Part shown: in pieces, positions 4,962 through 9,508 of the stretch
Position numbering within the stretch: position 1 is the first letter of the stretch
How the letters are laid out: every line of letters begins with the position of its first letter
Source: an archaeon
GTDB taxonomy: Archaea > Iainarchaeota > Iainarchaeia > Iainarchaeales > CSSED10-239
Assembly (NCBI GenBank): GCA_035387745.1
Contig: DAOOON010000023.1
Span: 1 to 9,508, forward strand
DNA length: 9,508 nucleotides
Direction: 5' to 3'
Notes under the pieces: model-generated
What the model saw: the letters and a program-made list of their open reading frames with translations, nothing else
Database searches by the model: none
What the model was told of the DNA's origin: nothing
Translations under genes and position numbers: made by a program

Positions 4962-6407
4962 CTACTCATAATGCCAAGTGGTTCCTGTCGGGGTATCGCT
5001 TAAGACGACGCCTTTCTTTTCTAGATTTAAACGTATCTGATCAGATTCTTCCCACTTTTTTTCTTTTCGCAACTGATTTCGTTTATTTATTTGTTCTTCA
5101 ATTTCTTTTCTTTGAATTACTTGTTTTTCTTTAGGCACTTCCTGCTCAAAATTAAATACTTTAAATACTTGATTTACTTTTTGTAAGAAATCTAAGATTT
5201 TATGCGATTCTTCTTCTGTTAATTGTTGTAAATCCATTAATCTGTTTGCTTCTTTAACTAAAAACCAGATGCTTGCCCAAGCAGAAGGAGTATTTAAATC
5301 ATCATTCATTGAGTTTTTAAAATTTTCAATAGCGTTTTCTATAATTTCTTTTCCAAAGTTTGTGTTTTTATTATTAGTTACTGCTTGTAGTCTTTTAATA
5401 TATTTATTTAGTCTATCAATTGCAATTTCTGAATCTTCAATTGCTTTTTCTGTATAATTCTGTGGCTTTCTGTAATTTCCTGTTGAGAAAAGATATCTTA
5501 GTGATTCTGCAGAGTGTTTCTTTAAAAAATCCTCTACTGTTATGAAATTTCCAAGAGACTTGCCCATCTTCTTTCCTTCAACCATAAGCATTGCTGTGTG
5601 CACCCAATAGTTTACAACATCGTGTCCGTAATATCCATAGTTTTGTGCAATCTCGTTTTGATGATGTGGGAAAAGATGTTCTATTCCTCCACCATGTATA
5701 TCAAATCTTTCTCCTAGGTATTTAGTGCCCATAACAGAACACTCAAGATGCCAGCCAGGGTAGCCCTCTCCCCAAGGCGATGGCCATTTAAGTATGTGCT
5801 CTGGTTTTGCTTTTATCCACAAAGCAAAGTCTCCAATATTTCTTTTGTTTGGGTCGTTTTCAAATCTTGTGTTTTTATCAAGTTCTTCTAGATTTTTGTT
5901 TGCGAATTTACCATAGTCTTTAAACTTAGAAATATCATAATAAACATTTCCATTTACTTCGTATGCGAATCCATTCTTTAACATTTTCTTTATCCATTCT
6001 TGCATCTCAAGGATGTGTGCAGAAGCAGTTGGTTCTAGATTAGGCCTTGATATCTTTAAAGCATCAAAATGTTTCCACATTCTATGTGAATATTTGTAAA
6101 CCAACTCCATTGGATGAACTTTTCTTTCGCTTGCGCGCTTTTGTATCTTGTCTTCTCCTGTATCAGATAGGCCGTCGTCTGTTAGATGCCCAACATCAGT
6201 AATGTTTCTAACATATAAAATATCATAATCTAAGAAATACTTAAAATAGTTTATTAGAATATCATAATTAATATATGAAAAAGCATGACCTAAATGCACG
6301 TCATCATAAATTGTAACACCACAAACATATATCTTTAGTTGGTTAGGATTAACTGATTTAAAAACTTCTTTTTTCTTAGTTGCGGTATTATACAGTTTTA
6401 TTGCCAT
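4962..6407 (-). CDS. cysS: Cysteinyl-tRNA synthetase (class I), 481 aa
   Basis: YVCGVTIYDDVHLGHA carries the zinc Cys and the HIGH motif. WHLECSVM and FPHHQNEIAQ are zinc ligands. KMGKSLGNF is the KMSKS motif. The C-terminus GVVLSDTPTGTTW is typical of CysRS. SD-like aagtga lies 6 nt upstream (complement of 6414-6419). Confidence 0.93.
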   Translation of the reverse strand: MAIKLYNTATKKKEVFKSVNPNQLKIYVCGVTIYDDVHLGHAFSYINYDILINYFKYFLDYDILYVRNITDVGHLTDDGLSDTGEDKIQKRASERKVHPMELVYKYSHRMWKHFDALKISRPNLEPTASAHILEMQEWIKKMLKNGFAYEVNGNVYYDISKFKDYGKFANKNLEELDKNTRFENDPNKRNIGDFALWIKAKPEHILKWPSPWGEGYPGWHLECSVMGTKYLGERFDIHGGGIEHLFPHHQNEIAQNYGYYGHDVVNYWVHTAMLMVEGKKMGKSLGNFITVEDFLKKHSAESLRYLFSTGNYRKPQNYTEKAIEDSEIAIDRLNKYIKRLQAVTNNKNTNFGKEIIENAIENFKNSMNDDLNTPSAWASIWFLVKEANRLMDLQQLTEEESHKILDFLQKVNQVFKVFNFEQEVPKEKQVIQRKEIEEQINKRNQLRKEKKWEESDQIRLNLEKKGVVLSDTPTGTTWHYE

Positions 6408-6477
6408 ATTCTTTCACTTTCTAATATAGAAATTAAACTATATAGTTATTAAAAATATATCTTAATTAGATATATTT
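6408..6477. promoter_or_regulatory. 70-nt divergent cysS/kae1 control region with one central AT-rich TATA-like element
   Basis: ttattaaaaatatatc (6446-6461) is the only strong TATA-like block. It lies about 26 nt from the kae1 ATG at 6478, which has no SD and so may be leaderless. It lies about 45 nt from the cysS ATG at 6407, which has an SD and a short leader. Confidence 0.4.
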
Positions 6478-7491
6478 ATGGTTAAAGCAAAAATTTGTCT
6501 TGGAATAGAAAGCACAGCTCACACCTTAGGTGTTGGTATTATTGATTCTAATGGTAAGATTCTAGCAAACCGTAAAAGACAGTTTGTGGCTAAACCAGGT
6601 AGTGCTACTGGACTAAAGCCATTTGATGTTTCAATACACCATTATTCTTGTGCTGTTGATGTTGTTAAAGAAGCTTTAGAGGAATCAAAACTAAAAATTA
6701 AAGACATTGATGTTATTTCTTTTTCACAAGGTCCTGGTCTTGCGCCATGTTTAACAGTTTCTGCAACTTTAGCACGGGCTTTAGCAGACAAATATAATAA
6801 ACCAATAATTGGGGTCAATCATTGCGTTTCGCATATCGAGATTGGGAAAACCATTCTGAAATGTAAAGACCCTTTAGTGATTTATACATCAGGAGCAAAC
6901 ACTCAAATTATTGCAAAAGACAATGGTTACTATAAGATACTTGGAGAGACACTTGACATCGGAATTGGAAATCTTTTCGATTCTTTTGCTAGAGACATTG
7001 GTTATGGCTTTCCTGGTGGGCCAGTTCTTGATAAAATCTATATGGAAAATAAAGAAAGGCATTACATTGAACTACCATATTCTGTTAAAGGAATGGACTT
7101 AGCATTCTCTGGATTACAAACCGCTGCAAGAAAAAAGATTGCAACAGAAAAAAAAGAAGACCTTGTTTATTCTTTTATGCACACAGCTTATGCAATGCTA
7201 TTAGAAGTAACAGACAGAGCTTTATCTTACACAAAGAAAAAAGAAGTAATTGTTATTGGTGGAGTTGCTGCTAGTAAAGCCTTAAAAGAGATGCTAGAAA
7301 AATTATGTAAGCAAAACAAAGTTAAGCTTTATATCCCTCCAGCAATTGTGTGCCTTGACAATGGTTTATTGATAGCGGATCTTGGAGTCAAGCATTTTAT
7401 TAATACTTACAAAGGTAAAGGCGGAATGAAACTAGAAGAAACTCTTATCAACCCAAAGTTTAGAACAGACCAAGTAAAGATAGACTGGTGA
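6478..7491 (+). CDS. kae1: Kae1, the tRNA N6-threonylcarbamoyladenosine (t6A) transferase subunit of KEOPS; stand-alone, 337 aa
   Basis: Archaeal Kae1 pattern: ICLGIESTAHTLGVGI, SFSQGPGLAPCL, GVNHCVSHIEIG (metal-binding His), YTSGANTQIIA, GETLDIGIGN, FPGGP, LPYSVKGMDLAFSGL, GGVAAS and CLDNG. It lacks the bacterial TsaD N-terminal GIETSCDET motif. Confidence 0.9.
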   Translation: MVKAKICLGIESTAHTLGVGIIDSNGKILANRKRQFVAKPGSATGLKPFDVSIHHYSCAVDVVKEALEESKLKIKDIDVISFSQGPGLAPCLTVSATLARALADKYNKPIIGVNHCVSHIEIGKTILKCKDPLVIYTSGANTQIIAKDNGYYKILGETLDIGIGNLFDSFARDIGYGFPGGPVLDKIYMENKERHYIELPYSVKGMDLAFSGLQTAARKKIATEKKEDLVYSFMHTAYAMLLEVTDRALSYTKKKEVIVIGGVAASKALKEMLEKLCKQNKVKLYIPPAIVCLDNGLLIADLGVKHFINTYKGKGGMKLEETLINPKFRTDQVKIDW

Positions 7492-7495
7492 AAAA

Positions 7496-8503
7496 ATGGA
7501 AAACAAAGATTTAGTTTATTATTTTTTTAAAAAAAAACTAAATGAAAATAAATATAATTTAAAATATGGTACAAAACCTGATCTTTTTTTTAACTTGGAT
7601 ATAGATTCTGCAAAACCTTATTTATCAAAAGTAGATATAAAAGAACAAAAAGAAATTGTTCGAATTATTGAAAACTTTAATATTACTCAGCTTTCTTCGG
7701 TTTTAGAAAATATTAGATATAATCTAGAGCACAAACGAGAATTTAATAGTTTTTTAAGAGACACAAGAGATATACAAAAAGGCAGATTTCTTAAAAAGCC
7801 AAGAGCAAGAGTAGATTCGCCAGTTTGTATAGACACTTATATTGGATTTATGAGGGCACTAAAGGAAGGCACACTATATACTGCAAAACTAAAGATTGAT
7901 GGCAAATTAAAAAGAGTATTTATTAAAACGCCAATAGGAAATGCAAACGACTTAAATTTAGATTTTGGATTTTCAAGACTTGCAATCGATCCTGAGACTC
8001 TAAATGTTTATTCTTTTATAAATAATAGAGCTGGCAGAATAAATGAAACAAAAATAAAGAAGGTTTTTTCTAAAACAGATTTAGACCGCTTGGCTTTAGA
8101 ATATGAAAATCAAAAAACGGCAGGTATTGCTAGAGAAAGTTATTTAAATTTTAGAAAAGAGCTTTTAGAGAAAATGGATGCAGTATATGGTATTGAAAGA
8201 ATTATTGATACCTATTTAAGAATGGGCGGCAAAATCGACTCTCAAAAATACAAGAACAAAGACTTTAAAGAAGAACTAATAAGGCATCTTGAAGAAAGAT
8301 TTGGAACTGAAAAATTATTAAATTGGGTCTCAAAAATCAAAAATCCAAAAGAAGCAGCAAAATTAAAGCTTGAAATATTAGAAAGCCTAGGAAAATATCA
8401 TGGACAAGAATATAGAGCACATTATAGCGCAGAATACAATCGCGCAAAACATCAAAAAATCCAAAAATTAAGACCAAAAAAGGCTATAAAACGCCTCATC
8501 TAA
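7496..8503 (+). CDS. Hypothetical lysine-rich protein (335 aa), translationally coupled to kae1
   Basis: SD ggtga (7487-7491) contains the kae1 TGA stop, and the ATG follows at 7496. It is a long ORF with coding-like composition, a helical K/E-rich C-terminal half and a basic tail. I recognise no family, and it is not a Bud32-type kinase. Confidence 0.6.
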   Translation: MENKDLVYYFFKKKLNENKYNLKYGTKPDLFFNLDIDSAKPYLSKVDIKEQKEIVRIIENFNITQLSSVLENIRYNLEHKREFNSFLRDTRDIQKGRFLKKPRARVDSPVCIDTYIGFMRALKEGTLYTAKLKIDGKLKRVFIKTPIGNANDLNLDFGFSRLAIDPETLNVYSFINNRAGRINETKIKKVFSKTDLDRLALEYENQKTAGIARESYLNFRKELLEKMDAVYGIERIIDTYLRMGGKIDSQKYKNKDFKEELIRHLEERFGTEKLLNWVSKIKNPKEAAKLKLEILESLGKYHGQEYRAHYSAEYNRAKHQKIQKLRPKKAIKRLI

Positions 8504-8590
8504 AGAAATCTATTTTTAAACCTATTTGTCTTATTTTTATTAAGGATAAATATATTTTAAAAAACCATTAAAACAAGGAGTGAAAAAGTC

Positions 8591-8938
8591 ATGAAAGCAA
8601 AATTTCATATAGTTAAAAAAGTAGCAGATATGGAACATCCAAAAAATAATTCCAAAACTGAAAAAGACATAGAAGTTGAAGTTGATGAACAATTTGAATT
8701 AGAAGGCGGAATTTATGTATTTAAATTACTTGCAGCTAGAGCAAATGGTGCACAAGTAGAATATGATAGACATTATTCTATTATGAACGAACACAGAGGA
8801 TATGAATTTAATACAATATTCTATATGGGAGAGCCAAAGATAGTTACTTCTCTGTGGGGTAAGAACCAAATAACCTATACAATAACCTATAACGGTTTTG
8901 GCTCAAGTTCAGAAGAAAATACAGAAAGTTTTGAATAG
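8591..8938 (+). CDS. Hypothetical protein (115 aa)
   Basis: SD aaggagtga at 8574-8582, 9 nt before the ATG. An upstream TATA-like ctatttttaaac lies at 8510-8521. The central region looks beta-rich and the tail is acidic and Ser-rich. I recognise no family. Confidence 0.5.
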   Translation: MKAKFHIVKKVADMEHPKNNSKTEKDIEVEVDEQFELEGGIYVFKLLAARANGAQVEYDRHYSIMNEHRGYEFNTIFYMGEPKIVTSLWGKNQITYTITYNGFGSSSEENTESFE

Positions 8939-8954
8939 AGAAATAATTCTCTAT
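8935..8954 (+). terminator. Stem-loop overlapping the stop codon of the 115-aa ORF, followed by a T-rich tract
   Basis: atagagaa (8935-8942) pairs with ttctctat (8947-8954) around the loop ataa, followed by taaacttatttttt. It shares the AGAGAA/TTCTCT core with the hairpin at 387-409. Confidence 0.3.
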
Positions 8955-8982
8955 TAAACTTATTTTTTATTAAGGAAAAAAA

Positions 8983-9330
8983 ATGTATAAACAAGTTATA
9001 ATTTTTAGAAATGATTTAAAGCTTGGGAAAGGAAAGATTGCTGGTCAAGTATCTCACGCAGCAGTCGAAGCCTATATTCTAACTTCTAAGAAAGACCCTT
9101 CTGCAGTTGATAATTGGTTGATGGAAGGGCAAAAGAAAGTTGTGTTAAAGATTGATAGCAAAAAAGAACTACTTGAATTATATCAATCAATTAAAAACAA
9201 ATTCCCTTGCGTTCTGATAAAAGACGCAGCAAAGACTCAGTTACCAGAACCAGACATCACTTGTCTAGGCATTGGTCCAATTAAAGAAACAGAGATTGAT
9301 CAATTTACAGGAAAGTATAAGCTTTTGTAA
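8983..9330 (+). CDS. pth2: Peptidyl-tRNA hydrolase, archaeal/eukaryotic Pth2 type, 115 aa
   Basis: KQVIIFRNDLKLGKGKIAGQVSHAAV, KVVLKI, IKDAAKTQLPEPDITCLGIGP and the C-terminal TGKYKLL match the PTH2 family pattern and its typical length of about 115 aa. Confidence 0.9.
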   Translation: MYKQVIIFRNDLKLGKGKIAGQVSHAAVEAYILTSKKDPSAVDNWLMEGQKKVVLKIDSKKELLELYQSIKNKFPCVLIKDAAKTQLPEPDITCLGIGPIKETEIDQFTGKYKLL

Positions 9331-9508
9331 ATTATCAACACTCGTATTGCTTTTTCTCAAAATCACAAAGAAATCAAGCAAGGGGTTTATTATTCTAAAA
9401 AAAGTCTATATTCTATGTTTAGTTTGCTAAAGGTAATAAATATAAATACTTAGTAATATGTATTATTTATTAATTAATAAATAAATGATATATATGAATA
9501 AGAAAAAA

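Noticed and set aside
210-7102. Short ORFs from the six-frame track: 210-401(-), 769-951(-), 1352-1567(-), 1796-1999(-), 2608-2814(-), 3218-3484(-), 4354-4557(-), 4937-5134(+), 5269-5457(+) and 6911-7102(+).
   Set aside because: All lie antisense to, or out of frame within, much longer ORFs that carry clear family motifs. Their translations are low-complexity (rich in L, F, S and I), as expected from the reverse strand of AT-rich, lysine-rich coding sequence. None has an SD or promoter-like context.
7880-7990. The LDFGFSR and KRVFIKT motifs in the 335-aa ORF, read as a Bud32-like kinase DFG motif and VAIK lysine.
   Set aside because: The two motifs are only about 20 residues apart, whereas a protein kinase fold has about 100 or more between them. 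There is no glycine-rich loop and no HxDLxxxN catalytic loop. The resemblance is most likely coincidental.
9348-9380. Imperfect hairpin after pth2 (tgctttttct / agaaatcaagca: 10 bp, 2-nt bulge, 11-nt loop).
   Set aside because: The stem is mostly A-U, is bulged and has a large loop. The T5 run at 9351-9355 alone is enough to serve as an archaeal terminator signal, so I do not call a structured element.
9485-9508. Possible start of another plus-strand gene (atg ata tat atg aat aag aaa aaa) at the window edge.
   Set aside because: Only 8 codons are visible and there is no clear SD, so it cannot be supported from this window.
1-9508. Scan for CRISPR arrays, rRNA genes, transposases, and large direct or tandem repeats.
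   Set aside because: I found no regularly spaced repeats of 24-40 nt, no rRNA-like GC-rich blocks and no transposase or integrase motifs in any listed ORF. The only repeats present are the short motifs reported above.

Overview
This window is AT-rich (roughly 30% G+C by eye, not computed), very compact and almost fully coding. The recognisable genes are archaeal-type and centred on tRNA biology. They are AsnRS (636-1940), tRNA-Asn(GUU) (2072-2144), an AsnA-type asparagine synthetase (2201-3190), CysRS (4962-6407, minus strand), Kae1 (6478-7491) and Pth2 peptidyl-tRNA hydrolase (8983-9330). Kae1, Pth2, a short archaeal-type AsnRS, a tRNA without encoded CCA and tiny spacers using GGTGA-type Shine-Dalgarno sites together suggest a small-genome, DPANN-like archaeon; this is inference. 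Between these genes lie several smaller units. These are a small membrane-anchored ORF (74-373), two translationally coupled orphan ORFs (3255-4048), a PIN/UPF0175-like toxin-antitoxin pair (4100-4959), and two orphan ORFs between kae1 and pth2 (7496-8503, 8591-8938). Four things deserve most attention. (1) An asparagine module, asnS then a GC-rich multi-helix spacer then tRNA-Asn then a short uORF then asnA, in which asnA has no room for its own promoter and no SD of its own. (2) The 119-nt structured, palindrome-rich spacer itself. (3) A stand-alone Kae1 coupled to a 335-aa protein that is not Bud32. (4) A reverse-order PIN/antitoxin pair whose TATA box is bracketed by a perfect 11-bp inverted repeat. 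I saw no CRISPR array, rRNA, transposase or integrase. All functional calls rest on motif recognition from memory, not on database searches.
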